Positions 51,532-63,529 of a DNA stretch of 64,000 nt are shown here, piece by piece; the first letter of the stretch is position 1; the number at the start of each line of letters is the position of its first letter. Location of the stretch: positions 434,001 to 498,000 of the forward strand of contig ML978133.1 of assembly GCA_010015805.1 (NCBI GenBank). Direction: 5' to 3'. The position numbers were made by a program, and so were the translations under genes. This DNA comes from Rhizodiscina lignyota. Lineage: Eukaryota. The notes under the pieces were generated by a model that saw only the letters and a program-made list of their open reading frames with translations, was not told the DNA's origin and searched no databases.

Positions 51532-52470
51532 ATGCCGTATCTAATTCACCCAGCTCTCGAACGTGCGATAGCAATGGCACAATCAAACCCGCCTCCGGTG
51601 CGGGCATGTCTCTTTGACATGGACGGCCTCCTCATCGACTCGGAAGAGCTGTACACCCTCATCACAAACGACATCCTGCGCGAGTACGGCAAGCCAGATC
51701 TACCGTGGTCCATCAAGGCCCAAATGCAAGGCCGCCCGGGCCCCGAATCGGCGCTCATCTTCCACAACTGGGCGCAGCTGCCCATCACGCACGAGCAGTT
51801 CATGGAGAAGCAGAAGCCGCTGCAAGCACATTATTTCCCCCGCTCGCAGCCATTGCCGGGGACGAGGGAGTTGCTGGAGAGCTTTAAGAGGACGAGTCCG
51901 AGGGTGCATATTGCGCTCGCGACGAGCAGTCACAAGAGGAACTTTGAGCTCAAGACGACGCACCTGCCCGATTTCTTTAGTGTGTTTGACGACGACCATG
52001 TTGTGCTGGGAGATGACCCGAGGATACCGAAGGGGAGGGGCAAGCCGGCGCCGGATATTTATCTGCTGGCGCTGAAGACGATTAATGAGAAGTTGAGACA
52101 GCAGGGCTCGAGTGAGATTGAGCCCGAGGAGTGCCTTGTATTTGAGGACTCCGTGCCGGGGGTAGAGGCGGGAAGAAGAGCGGGAATGCAGGTTGTGTGG
52201 TGTCCGCATGTGGAGCTGTTGGCTGAATACAAGGGCAGGGAGAAGGAGGTGCTTGCGGGCTTGACGGGCGAGCATAAGGATGACGAGCTCAAGGATGGGG
52301 AGAAGGCGGCCAAGGATGAAGAGGAGGATGTCTCTGGAAAGGAGAAAAAGACCAAGTCACGCATTCCGGGCTCACCAGGGGAGATTGATGATGGATGGGG
52401 ACGACTCTTTACGACATTAGAAGACTTCCCGTTCGAGGAATATGGGATCAAGGTCCAGTCCAAGATATAA
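51532..52470 (+). CDS. HAD-superfamily hydrolase (pseudouridine-5'-phosphatase HDHD1/YKL033W-A-like)
   Basis: FDMDGLLIDSE, ALATSS, GKPAPDIY and CLVFEDSVPGVEAG. The start may be 51574. Confidence 0.88.
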   Translation: MPYLIHPALERAIAMAQSNPPPVRACLFDMDGLLIDSEELYTLITNDILREYGKPDLPWSIKAQMQGRPGPESALIFHNWAQLPITHEQFMEKQKPLQAHYFPRSQPLPGTRELLESFKRTSPRVHIALATSSHKRNFELKTTHLPDFFSVFDDDHVVLGDDPRIPKGRGKPAPDIYLLALKTINEKLRQQGSSEIEPEECLVFEDSVPGVEAGRRAGMQVVWCPHVELLAEYKGREKEVLAGLTGEHKDDELKDGEKAAKDEEEDVSGKEKKTKSRIPGSPGEIDDGWGRLFTTLEDFPFEEYGIKVQSKI

Positions 52471-52628
52471 ACATAGATAGATGAGGTGATATCCATAGAG
52501 GTCATATGCCCAATGATGCAAATCATGATGAATCTAGACAGACATGTCCAGAAGCTCCCAAGCAATAACCCACTCTCGAACGCCTGCTTCCGCGCTGAAA
52601 CTCAAAGTCGTGCAAAGGACCCAGCTCC

Positions 52629-53376
52629 TCAACTCTTCAAGGCTTCCAGTCGCCCTCTCATCTGCTCCAGCAGCTCCTCCTGGTTCTCTTCCTCTTCCAC
52701 CTCTTCCGTCGGTGCAGACGGTATCTCTTCTGCAGGCTTCGGTTCCGCCGCAGCAGGCAGCTTGTCCTTCAGTACCTCGCTCAGGACCTTGTCTACCTCC
52801 GTCTCTGCCTCCTCGTCCTCACCCTCCAGCAGCTCATCGCTCGGCAGAGTATCGCCCACCATCTCCTCGATAATGCCCGCCTTGACCAGCTCCTGACTCA
52901 ACTCCCTCATCGTGCCTGTCAGCTCGGGCATCCTCACCAGCGAATTTACATCCTTCATAATGCCCGTGCTGGCCTTGATACTCCCCTCAATCTTGCGCAC
53001 GCTAAACGCCTCGTTGACCTGCATCTGCACGCTCTGCAACTGCGCCTTGCTCGTCGCTAGCCGTCCGCCCTGCTTTCGTACGCGGATCAGCTCGCGCGCG
53101 AATATGCGGGTTTCTTGGGCGGCCTGCTTTGCCTGGGACGGGTTGCGCTGACCACGCTTCGAGGCGGATTGGATGAAGTTCTTGGTTTTGTACTCGAGTG
53201 CTTTGAGGCTTTGGATATCGCGGTCCAGCTTGCGGACGTTGGCGCGCACGAGGGCATTGCATTTTCTCTTCTGTAAAGGATGTGAGTAAATGTATCAAAG
53301 GGCGCTGACGTAGTGGAGATGTACATACTTGGGCCTCTGGATCAGGCTTCCAAAAGATTGATTTTAGGGAGTCCAT
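52629..53376 (-). CDS. VPS24: ESCRT-III subunit Vps24/CHMP3
   Basis: Snf7-family coiled coil with ELVKAGIIEEM and a C-terminal MRGRLEALKS; intron 53328-53271. Confidence 0.93.
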
Positions 53377-53964
53377 CGCTGCTGGCGCCAGCGGCAATTG
53401 CGCGTCATAGAACAGCAAGGTCGAGAGAGTATGGGAGGTTGGCTTTAGGTTGGTGAATAAGCAGTTCCTTGTACCTATTGCTGAGTGGCTCTTGGTGGTC
53501 TTGGGGGAGAGGTTGCCCACGAGGCCAGCGACACAGGGCTGAAGGTGGGGTGGTTGGGTGCCTGTTGCGTAGGAAATGCTCCATCGCCATCACTAACGAC
53601 GCTGTTGGCATCACAAGAGAACAAATTTTCCTGGGCAACACGATCCACCACAGACTGCTCAATCCTGCCCCTTCAGGAAAGTGTTCCGCGCAAATTAAAT
53701 CGCGAAAGCATTGCTGAGCTAGGCAAGCTGCTGCTGGTCCGTACTCGCGCAGCGCCCACATTCGATTTGTTTCTCTCCAAATCTTCACAGCCTCACGAAC
53801 TGACTTCCCTTTCTGCCTCCAGACTCTGCTCCAGACCGGCGCGCACACTCAATCCCAAGCTCCGCTGAAGCATACTTTACAAGTTTATCGAATTTCCTTC
53901 GAGTTACTGCTCCCATTTACCTCCAACCATCCCCTGAGCTCTTCCTCGATTCGCCATCTCCATC

Positions 53965-54846
53965 ATGTCTGAACCAACGTTGACACCAGAAGGTACGCAC
54001 ACCTCACCAACCCGTTCGCATATACAACTCTATAATTGTAGCATTGTCATATATGCAAGCTTTTTGTCTGCATTGCAAAATTGCGTCACTCCTTGCATGC
54101 AAGCATCGTATCGCCTTGAGTCCAGCGCATACAAAAAGTCTCGACACCGTGTACTAACAGCAGATGAACAGTCACCTGGGCGCAGCGCTCCTCCAGCACC
54201 GATGCCGAGAAGAACTACATCTTCCTGACGCTCATGGTCCCCGATGTCCCCAAGGACGCCATGAAGCTCGACATCCAGCCTACCAAGCTCACCTTCACCG
54301 GCAGGTCGAACTCCAAGAAGGCGACCTACTCCGTCGAGCTGCCCTTCTTCGCCGAGATCGACCCCGCAGAGAGCAAGACGCACCACACTGACCGTGACTT
54401 GGAGCTTGTGCTACGCAAGAAGGAGCTCAAGGAGGAGTACTGGCCAAGACTGCTCAAGGATAACAAGAAGATGCACTTCTTGAAGACGGACTTCGACAAG
54501 GTCAGTAGAGACTATGCATGCCCTATACCATGGTATTCCACACAAAACAGCTTTGTTAACAGACGTATAGTGGGTCGATGAGGACGAGCAGGACGTCGCG
54601 CCTGATGACGATGACTACATGTCGCGCATGGCTGGAATGGGCGGCGGCGGTGATGGTGGCTTTGGTGGCATTGACTTCTCTAAGCTCGGCGCCGGTGCTG
54701 GCCCTGAAGCCGGTGGCGAGGATGATGAGGACATGGCTGATGAGGAGGACGACGACGAGATGCCAGCCCTGGAAGGAGACGAGGACAAGACAGAGGGAGG
54801 CGCAGAAGCAGGCAAGGGCAAGGCGAAGATTGAAGAGGTCGAGTAG
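53965..54846 (+). CDS. SBA1: Hsp90 co-chaperone p23 (Sba1/Wos2)
   Basis: PEVTWAQRS, EYWPRLLK, FLKTDFDKWVDEDEQ and a Gly/Met/acidic tail; introns 53993-54171 and 54501-54570. Confidence 0.95.
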
Positions 54847-55345
54847 GCTTGCGATTCGCAGGCAAGGACCAATTCTTCGCGATTGATGTTGCCAAAATCT
54901 CGATTCCCTTCGAATGGACATTTCGGGCTTGGTCAAAAGGCGGCAGGCAAACTTCTGGCGTAACTCAGATGAGCAGGAGTATTGCGGTGACTAATAAGTT
55001 ACTGTGGTGGATGAGGATGAAAAAAATACGGATATGGGCGTAGATAGTGCATAAAGCATTGTGTCAGAAAGCTCAAGATAATTCATTAAAGCCTAAGCTT
55101 CTACGAATCTCACCAGTTTCCGGCAGACACAGATCATGCCAGCAAGGCCAATTGCAGTGGGGCGTTGTTACTTCTTCACACAAAGCAAAGCAAAGCTCGG
55201 AGCTCTCCGCACCTTCCCGTACCTCTCCCTTTACGGAGGAAGTGACAGTAGTGCAGGATCCGACGCTCTCGTGATCCACAATTCCAAACACCCACTTTAG
55301 TTTGTATAAGAGGATGTAGAAGATGCATCATCTTCCCTTGACAAC

Positions 55346-57844
55346 ATGGCTTCCTCCTTAAGTGCGGATGAGCGCGTCGCGCAGCTTACCCGCGACGCCG
55401 ACAAGAGCATTACAGCGGGGAGCCTCGAGCTCGCGCTGCGCCAGCTGCAGGAGGCTTCCGCTATTGATTCGGGCAACGCCAAATTGAAAGAGACATGGGA
55501 GAGGCTGGAGAAGCAGCGGGATCAATCGCCGCTCGTCAGCCTGTGTCAGAAATGGCTCGACAGCCAGGTCGACGAGCAAGGGGAGGAGGCGCTAGACTAC
55601 ATGGCCCATCATGAGATACCCTCGATCGCCGCAGAAAGAGCTATGGAAGTCCTCTTACGATACTCTGGAGAGTCGGACGTGGCTGACCAGCTATGCGGTG
55701 TGCTGATGAAGCAGCCTGGAGCTCAGAAAACCGTTGCTGGGCAGTTTCATGAGCAACCCACAGACACTTTCAGGAAACTCTGGGAGCATGGCGACGACAG
55801 CGTCGAAGGCCTGGTCGTAACAGTGTTCGCTAAGTCGGCCTGGCCGTCCGACACAGACAGGACAGCTGCTCTCCGTGACGTCTTTCAGCTTGCTCTCGCG
55901 GAGCTGATGTCGCCTGGCTTGGAGCATCCCGATCGGGCCATGAAGGCAGTATCACGACTTCTTGGCGCGGAGGCCTCGAAGCTCAACGGCATCATTGATG
56001 CTGACGGCTTCGATGTGATCCTTACGTCTTTGGACATACGACTCCCGCAGACTCTACGAAGTCATGCGACGGTTGCAACGGCTAAACTGCTGCAGCTCTC
56101 GCCAGACAGCGCACAGCAGCTGATATCGAACTACGTAACGAATAAAGTGGTCAAGCCGACAGCCGAGAGCCTACTCCTCGCATTCTCAGCAGCTGCAGCA
56201 GTCTTTCCAATGGCGCCCACTGTCGCCGCCGATCTGTTCCTCTCAGAGGGCTTCTTAAGCGCCTTCGTGCCAATGGTCAAAACCAGGAAGAGCCGGCACG
56301 TAGAGCAGGCTGCGTTGGAGCTTCTGAGCGCTGCGTGCATCAACAAGGCGTGTCGGGAAGGCATTGCAAAGTTCTGCCGGGACTGGCTAGAGGATATCGC
56401 ATCAACTGCTACGGATCCGAAGCGCGCGAGTCTCGCGGCGCTCATTTTGATCAAGATTGAAGATGAGACGGTCCGCGTGGGCAGCCCGCTGCAAAGCCGA
56501 GGCCCAGGACTCGACCAAGATACGGACTTGGTGAACAACTTTAAGAACATGGTCCTCACTCCCGACGACACGAGCAAGAAGGATGCAGTTGAAGGACTAG
56601 CCTACGCCTCACTAAAACCACACGTGAAGGAATATCTAGCAAAGGACCAAACATTTCTCATTCACCTGATAAACCTACTCAGCAACTCGCGCGACGGCAG
56701 ACCCTCCCTATTCGGCGGCTTGACCATCTTCGCGAACCTCACAGCCTACCGCCCGGCCATGTCTGAAGAGCAGAAGAAGCTCTCCCAGCTTAAAGCATAC
56801 GCGAACACCACCAAGCCCGCTGATGCCGATCCGCTTGACGATGACGAACGAGTTACCGCGCGCTGCAAGAAAGTCCTCGACGCGGGCATCGTGCCACTAC
56901 TCGTGACGTGCAGCAAGGGTGCCACGCAGACCATCATCGTCCTCGTCGTGCAGATCCTATTCTCGCTTGCAAAAGAGCAGAAACACCGCGGCGTCATGTC
57001 GCAGCAGGGTTCCGTGAAACTGCTGCTTTATCTGTACGACACCGTCTCCGTGCAGCCCGCGTCCGTAGACGGAGGGCTTGGAAGCAAAATCAGCTCATTG
57101 CGCCTCGCTGCGCACGCTGCTGCCCGCATCCTGATCTCTGTGAACCCGACGCACGTCTTCGGCTCCGCAACGGCGCTCATCTCCCCCATCCGTCCGCTCG
57201 TGTCCCTGCTCAATCCCATAGACGATGAATCCTCATCTGGTTCCATTCCAAGTTCCAGTCCGCCGCTCCTCGCGACGTTCGAGGCCCTCCTCGCGCTGAC
57301 GAACCTCGCGTCGACCGACGCGCCGACCGCTGACGCCATCGTGCGCGCGGCGTGGCCGCAGACCGAGGACCTGCTGCTCTCCAGCCACGAGATGGTGCAG
57401 CGCGCTGCTGCGGAGCTGGTCTGCAATTTGTGCGCGGCGCCGCAGGGAATCGCGAAATTCGCGGACGGCTCCGGGCCTGCGGGTAATCGGCTGCATATCC
57501 TGCTCGCCTTGGCCGACGCGGAGGATGTGGCGACGAGGCGCGCAGCCGGAGGTGCACTGGCGATGCTGACGGAGTGGCCCGAGGTGGTTGATGCGGTATT
57601 GAAGCGCGAGAAAGGGATAGATATCTTGTTGGAGATGTGTGAGGATGAGGATGGAGAGGATTTGAGACATCGGGGTTTTGTCTGTGTGAGTAATGTTGTA
57701 AGTGCGAGCGGAGAGGTCGGAAAGAGAGCGAAAGCGGAGGTTCTGGAGAACGATGGAAAGGCTAGAGTGACGGCTGTGCTGAAGGAGACGAAGAATCCCG
57801 AGGTGTTGAGCGTGGGGATTGGCATTTTGAAGGCTATTGCGTGA
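55346..57844 (+). CDS. SHE4: UCS-domain myosin chaperone (She4/Cro1/UNC-45)
   Basis: EGLAYASL, LKAYA, HRGVMSQQG, ARILISVNP, FEALLALTNLAS and VQRAAAELVCNL. Confidence 0.92.
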   Translation: MASSLSADERVAQLTRDADKSITAGSLELALRQLQEASAIDSGNAKLKETWERLEKQRDQSPLVSLCQKWLDSQVDEQGEEALDYMAHHEIPSIAAERAMEVLLRYSGESDVADQLCGVLMKQPGAQKTVAGQFHEQPTDTFRKLWEHGDDSVEGLVVTVFAKSAWPSDTDRTAALRDVFQLALAELMSPGLEHPDRAMKAVSRLLGAEASKLNGIIDADGFDVILTSLDIRLPQTLRSHATVATAKLLQLSPDSAQQLISNYVTNKVVKPTAESLLLAFSAAAAVFPMAPTVAADLFLSEGFLSAFVPMVKTRKSRHVEQAALELLSAACINKACREGIAKFCRDWLEDIASTATDPKRASLAALILIKIEDETVRVGSPLQSRGPGLDQDTDLVNNFKNMVLTPDDTSKKDAVEGLAYASLKPHVKEYLAKDQTFLIHLINLLSNSRDGRPSLFGGLTIFANLTAYRPAMSEEQKKLSQLKAYANTTKPADADPLDDDERVTARCKKVLDAGIVPLLVTCSKGATQTIIVLVVQILFSLAKEQKHRGVMSQQGSVKLLLYLYDTVSVQPASVDGGLGSKISSLRLAAHAAARILISVNPTHVFGSATALISPIRPLVSLLNPIDDESSSGSIPSSSPPLLATFEALLALTNLASTDAPTADAIVRAAWPQTEDLLLSSHEMVQRAAAELVCNLCAAPQGIAKFADGSGPAGNRLHILLALADAEDVATRRAAGGALAMLTEWPEVVDAVLKREKGIDILLEMCEDEDGEDLRHRGFVCVSNVVSASGEVGKRAKAEVLENDGKARVTAVLKETKNPEVLSVGIGILKAIA

Positions 57845-58030
57845 GAAACTGGGGTTTGGGTGGTTTGGGACTTACGGTAAAAGTTTGCGAAAAACGGATG
57901 TCTTTCCGTACATCATTCTTAGAGGCTGTATTAGTAGCTACTGCATCACAATGGCGTAGCTAGACGTAGAGGATGGTGGCGGCACACACCGGTAGTCGTA
58001 GCACAGGCAATTCAATGAGATTTGAAGTAT

Positions 58031-59408
58031 TCAGGATCCAGCCTTTCTACTCCGTCTCGAGCCAGCCTTCTTGGCATTGGCAGTCTCAGTGCTTCCGCTC
58101 TCATCCGCCTTCTCGCTGCCCTTCTCCTTCTCTTTCTTCTCAGATTCTGCCAATTTGGCTTCTTTCGCTCTTCGAACAGCTCCTTCCTTCTCAAGCTGTT
58201 GGATGATGGTCTCCGTATCCTTCCACAGCTCCTGCTGGACATAATCATTTGAGACTTCGTCCCGCACGATCTTCACCTCACTGCACTCCTTTACCATCGC
58301 ACCGCCCTCTCCTAGCACAAAGCCAGCTTCCATGGCCGCATACAAGAAGCTCTGCGCGCCCTGGTCGGCGCTCTTTAGAAGCAGCCACCACAGCGGGTAC
58401 AATATTATGTACAACAGCAGACCCCAGAGACTGCCGAACGTCAGGAAGCGCTGCATGCCCGGCGTACGTGTCCAGCCGGGGTTGACGAGCAGGATGCGAG
58501 CGTTGTTGGGCTGCTTGTCTGGCCGGACGTAGGAGGATAGGTGCTTCTGGAAGGATTGGGCGAAGGTCATTAACGCGAGCTTGGAGTTTGCGTAAGGAGA
58601 GGTGGTTCTTGCTGGTCGCAGGTTCTTGTATGTTGGAGTTGGGGGCTGTGGCGCGGACTTTGCTTTCCGCTCTTTCTTCGAGGTCTTCTCCTCGCCGCCG
58701 TCTTTGCCTTCTTCTAACGAGGGAACCGGGAAGGATCCGCCTATGTACGAGGAACAGGTTCCAAAGAGTATCCGCACGTCTCGATCAGGCGGCTGCGCTC
58801 GCAGGGCGGGACTCAGGATGCTCAGCAGGTGGAAGTTGGCGACATAGTTCAAGCCCCAGTCCAGCTCAATTCCGTCTTCCGTCACACCTCGTTTCCCCCA
58901 TGCCGGCGTCTGAGTGTTCGCGCAGAGTATGACCATATCGAGTCTTCGCGGTGGAGCATTATCGACCCATTTTGTAGCGAATTTGCGAACGCTGTGTAAT
59001 GAGGTGAGATCAACCTCTTCAGCCGTGATGAGCTCGTTGTTCGTCGTAGTACGCAGGTCCATTATGTATTCCACCAGAAACGGATCGGTGAGGGGGTGCT
59101 GCGTCAGGAGCACGATTTGAGCGCCGCGAGTCGCGAGCTCGCGAGCTACGGATGCTCCGATGCCAGATGTTCCTCCCTAAGATAACGAATTAGATAGCTC
59201 TTCCGGATTTCTGTTATAAGGGAAGATATACCGTCATCAGCACCACTTTCGAGTGCATATTGCGCTCGGAGGTGTTGACTGCTCCGCCGCAGTACCACTT
59301 GAGCAGATAGAGCGCGACGAGCCATGGTACGGTCTTGATAATTGTCCAGAAGTATGGGATGCCGCTGATTCCCTCGGAGAGGACATAGTTTATTAGTGGA
59401 ATCGGCAT
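58031..59408 (-). CDS. PBR1: Short-chain dehydrogenase/reductase, YNL181W/Pbr1-like
   Basis: MPIPLI...GIPYFWTIIKTVPW...NTSERNMHSKVVLMT-GGTSGIG, VDLTSLHSVRKFATKW and YANSK; intron 59232-59177. Confidence 0.85.
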
Positions 59409-60299
59409 CTTGGCCGTGCGAGATGTCGAATCCAACTTTCAGAAACTTGGAACTTTTTGTGGCGATGGGATGGGCAGCTCCCCCGATGATTTGCCGGACT
59501 TTCGTCACTTCATGCTTCACTCTTGGGTGGACGACTCAAAGGATTGCGCTCTCTGTCCTAAACTATTTACAATATCAGGTGTCATGCATGATTTTAGTGA
59601 CCCTAGGCTATTCAACTAGCATTGAAGAAGCAATTCCACGTATTCTTTTGCTGCACGTAGCTCCGTCAAAATAGAAAAGACCAACGACTCACATATCCAA
59701 CGCAACTCGTTCGAAGTGACCATCAGATATGTTCCCGAGATGCATGTAGGCCGAGCTACATGTTGGGCCACCTGCCAACTTTTGAGTGTTGAGGAGGCCA
59801 TTCGATTGCGCCGTACTGGCGTTGGTTCTGCTTCGAAGCCGCAAAATGGGGGATGATTTTTCAGGCACCAAAGCTTCTCGATGTTTCCGATTTTATATAT
59901 CCCTCAAGAATGATAGATATATAATGATTCCAATGATCTCATGTTGTAGCGATTAACCTCGAGGCGCCGTGCCGGGGAAGAAATACCTCATGACATTGAT
60001 ATCGGAAGCGCCCCCACAGCTAGTTAAATACAGCGTTGATTAGCAGGCCCGTGAGAGAGACTGTTGTAATTCAGAATATGTCGCAGATACATTCGCGTCT
60101 TCTTGCGCTTCTAGTCCTGGAAATGAAGGGGGCAAAAAGGATGGTAGGCACAAGAAATCTAGTTTAGTATAACTGTTGGTAAATACTTTCTACCTTGAAA
60201 GTCGCTTGCACCCAGCTTCACAGAACACAACACAATGGCGTATGCCCATCTCCTAACGCTGGTAGTTTAAAAATTAATTTAAAAAAAATAGAAGATAAA

Positions 60300-60500
60300 A
60301 ACTGCAAAAAAGAAGCGGGTACTAGCCGGTTCTTTTAGGGCACCGCTCCAAAGAGGAACACTTGCTTCGAAATGCAAGTGCGACGCTAGAGAGCGGGAGC
60401 ACAAGTGGTGACGCGAGAATCGAACTCGAGAAACTTAGTGCACAAAGGATTAGAGCCCGACATTCCAAAGGCTATCTAACTGACCCATTCGACGGTGGAT
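60300..60500 (-). ncRNA. Putative RNA polymerase III transcription unit (tRNA-like A/B boxes, hairpin, oligo-T terminator)
   Basis: On the minus strand: TATA-like 60535-60523, A box TGGGTCAGTTAG (60487-60476), B box/T-arm CGAGTTCGATTCTCG (60428-60414), hairpin 60400-60340 and T6 at 60311-60306. Confidence 0.55.
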
Positions 60501-60835
60501 GTCTGAGGGAGAGAACATTTAGAATTATACATATAGTACACAAAACTAACAACACATATAATAAATCCGCGTCAAACTGCGCGTTTTCACTCACAAGCAA
60601 CCCTAGCCGCCGCGATGACAGGTTGTTCCTTCCTCTGCAGCGTGTGCATGATCGCGACTGTGACGTACGTGGTCGCACATCAGCGCTTATGGCCTCAGGA
60701 ACAACTATAAATGCACAATCAGCTTTCTACTGCAACCCTCTCCTCTTTACTCACACAACTTCGACCGGAACTTGATCAAGAAGCAACAACGCAAGAAAGT
60801 CACAACCACCTTGCGAAGTATCACTCTTCTCCATC

Positions 60836-61179
60836 ATGAAGTCTACCATTATCATCGTCTGCTTCGGCCTCATCGCCTCCGCTGCAGCCCAGTTGACTAC
60901 CATTACGAAGGTTGTCACCAATGTCATCGACGGCCAGCTCGCTCTGTGGACCGTTGTGACGACTTCGACTATGCCACCAGGCCCAGGCTGCACTGAAGAC
61001 GCGCAGGGCATCCCGAACTGCTTCGGTATGTGGAAAGGATCGTGCCTTCTCTTTATAGATCATCTCAGCTAACGTTCGTGGCAGATGGCTGCATCCATGA
61101 CGGCGACTGCTGCAGCAACTTCTGCAACAACGGATTGTGCATGGATCCGAACAACCAGAACTGCCCGAAGAACCCGTGA
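60836..61179 (+). CDS. Small secreted cysteine-rich protein (94 aa) with a knottin-like C-terminus
   Basis: Signal peptide MKSTIIIVCFGLIASAAA; intron 61026-61084 (GTATGT..GCTAAC..CAG); C-terminus CTEDAQGIPNCFDGCIHDGDCCSNFCNNGLCMDPNNQNCPKNP; TATAAA at about 60706. Confidence 0.85.
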
Positions 61180-61990
61180 GCTCTAGCAGCGCATATCGGT
61201 ACCCTCGAGGCACAATGATTGTTTCGACGAAAGCATGAGCTATGATTTGATGAATGGCATGGCGACTCTGACTTCTCTTGACCTGGGGTCGCTCGTCGGC
61301 AGGTCGCGGCGAGGAAATGGAAAACTCCTTGAAGAGGCTTGAGATGGCTTTCAATGTACCAACATAGCACTCAAACTCTTGCTGCAAACCATAACTACCT
61401 CTTTTCTTCCATGCAGCTCACAGTGAAAGGAAATTTAGATGACGGTGAAACGTTCCGGAATCGTTCCTTCGGCGTGCAATAAAGCAAATGAGACATATTT
61501 CCCATTTCCTCTTTCATAGGTCTCAAGACGAAACATTGTAGAGCATCGACAGCTATCTTTTGATGCCTTTCGGGTCGGAATTGAGCCCCATTCAGCGAAA
61601 TGTAATGGATCTTTCAATTGATCTGATGGGATGTCGTCGGGATTTCAACCGAAGGGCTTTGATTGGATACCACTAATGGCTTCCTCACATGGCAGTTTAT
61701 CTTTCGGCGCGATTCCTACCTCATTCTTTTCATCTAACTATTTCATATTTCACATCGCATCTGTTAGTTCTTTTCTCACTGGTCTTCCGGTCGCACTTGC
61801 TGGCACATTCAGATAAAGACTTTGTAAATCTTCCCATTGCGCGACCGTCCGAACGGTGATTTCCGCCTTTGTCCTCGATCTACTCTCATTGAGGACATAT
61901 TCTGTGCAAGAGAATTTTGTATCTCTTTAATTGAATTCTTTCATGCTACATCCCCGCAAGAGCCCACATCGGAAAATGTTTTCGATACGG

Positions 61991-63529
61991 ATGGGGGCTG
62001 AACTCCTGTCACTTCCTGCGGAACTTCTGGATCAAATCTTCGAGTGTTGCGACCGAGGTGCACAATCAGCTTTATGTAGGACATGTAAAGGCATTTATAC
62101 TCGAGTTGTGTGTCTGGCAAACCATTCATTTGGGCTCGGCTAACAAAAGCCATTAGATTCCGATACTGTACAGGAACATTGATCTAAGCTGCCACAACTC
62201 GACGCTTCGGGGACATACCGGCCCACCTCATTGTGCCCCTACGCATAGGCTCGTTCCGTCAAGGTTCATGGCAAGATATCGCACGCCTCTGGATGACGAA
62301 GTTTTCTATCGACAGCAACTTTTGAGCAGAAGTATCTGCAACAATTCGAGGTTGGGCGAATACACGAAATCGTTGGTTTGGACTGTCCTCGATGAATCGG
62401 GAAAAGGAGGCCCTGATAAATCTTTTCTGGCTATCTATCCCAAAAAGGACATGATTGGAAGGTGGAATGAAGCCGGATATGAGCTCTACCTGGATGACGG
62501 CAAGTGGTTTAAACCCCGCATTAACATCATCGAGTTATATCCCGCCTGACTATGTTTTAGGTAACCTTTGGAAGACTTTCGAGAGTTTCATCAATGTGCG
62601 CAACGTGGACATTGCTTGGTTTCGGTTCGTCGATACATTCACTTATGGGCGAAAGGCTGAAGTTGACATTCCATTATAGTGACTGCAGAGAAACAACCGC
62701 ATCGATTCCGTCCTTTTTCAGAAGCGCAACTTCGCTTACAGTAGGAGGACAAGCAAGCAAGAAATTCGCAACGAAAGTACTGGGCACAGTCGAACCCCAA
62801 AACTTGACTCATCTGTGCTTTTCCAATCTTCAGCAATTCGCCGAGCCACTACCGGCGCCATCAGATCATCCATCGCTTCAGCAACTTGTCGAATATTGCG
62901 CAAATATCCGCCATCATACTGCGCCTGGACCCATGCGTGGCCACTTTCAAGATCTGATCGGCAAACTCACATCACTACGTTCCCTGCGTATCGACACCTT
63001 CGCTCCAAGTAGCTCACCGCCCACCAATGAGATTACCACATGCTATCGTGACTGGGCTGCTCTAATACGGTCGGTTAGCGGCACCTTGACGAATCTAACG
63101 GTCGAGCAAGGCCATTGGCACTGGATATACAGAAACCCTTCAAATGCCCACAACGGTGTCCACCAAAGAGAGCGTCCGACGGACAGACTCTTCGTTGACC
63201 ACATTGCACCAGCAATCCTGGAGTCCCAATGGCCGGAGCTCCGTGAACTAGAGATTCGTGGCCTCGGCAGATGCTCCATGCAGATGGTACATCGCGTTCG
63301 ACCAGAGGAGCTTCAACTGAGTGCGGATGAAGGATATGAGATCCTCAGGGAGCGGGGAAATACTTGGATTGGAAACAGGATATTCCATTATAATGGCACT
63401 CGTGCCGCTATTCGGAGACACCTCGAGCCCGACGCTGTTGTCATTATTGAGGAGGAGTCCAAGAATTTTGAGTATTGTGAGAACACAGGGATTCCGGAGT
63501 TCTACGTGGACACGCAAGGACTCGTATAG
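61991..63529 (+). CDS. F-box-like protein with an LRR-like C-terminal region
   Basis: LLSLPAELLDQIFECC...SALCRTCK...IPILYRNIDL; introns 62108-62156, 62500-62560 (GC donor) and 62625-62679 join the ORFs in frame. Confidence 0.75.

Noticed and set aside
53660..53900. Heat-shock elements upstream of SBA1
   Set aside because: Only isolated TTCnnGAA pairs; no clear triple nGAAn array.
60405..60495. Functional tRNA gene
   Set aside because: A T-arm and A box are present but the acceptor and anticodon stems do not pair.
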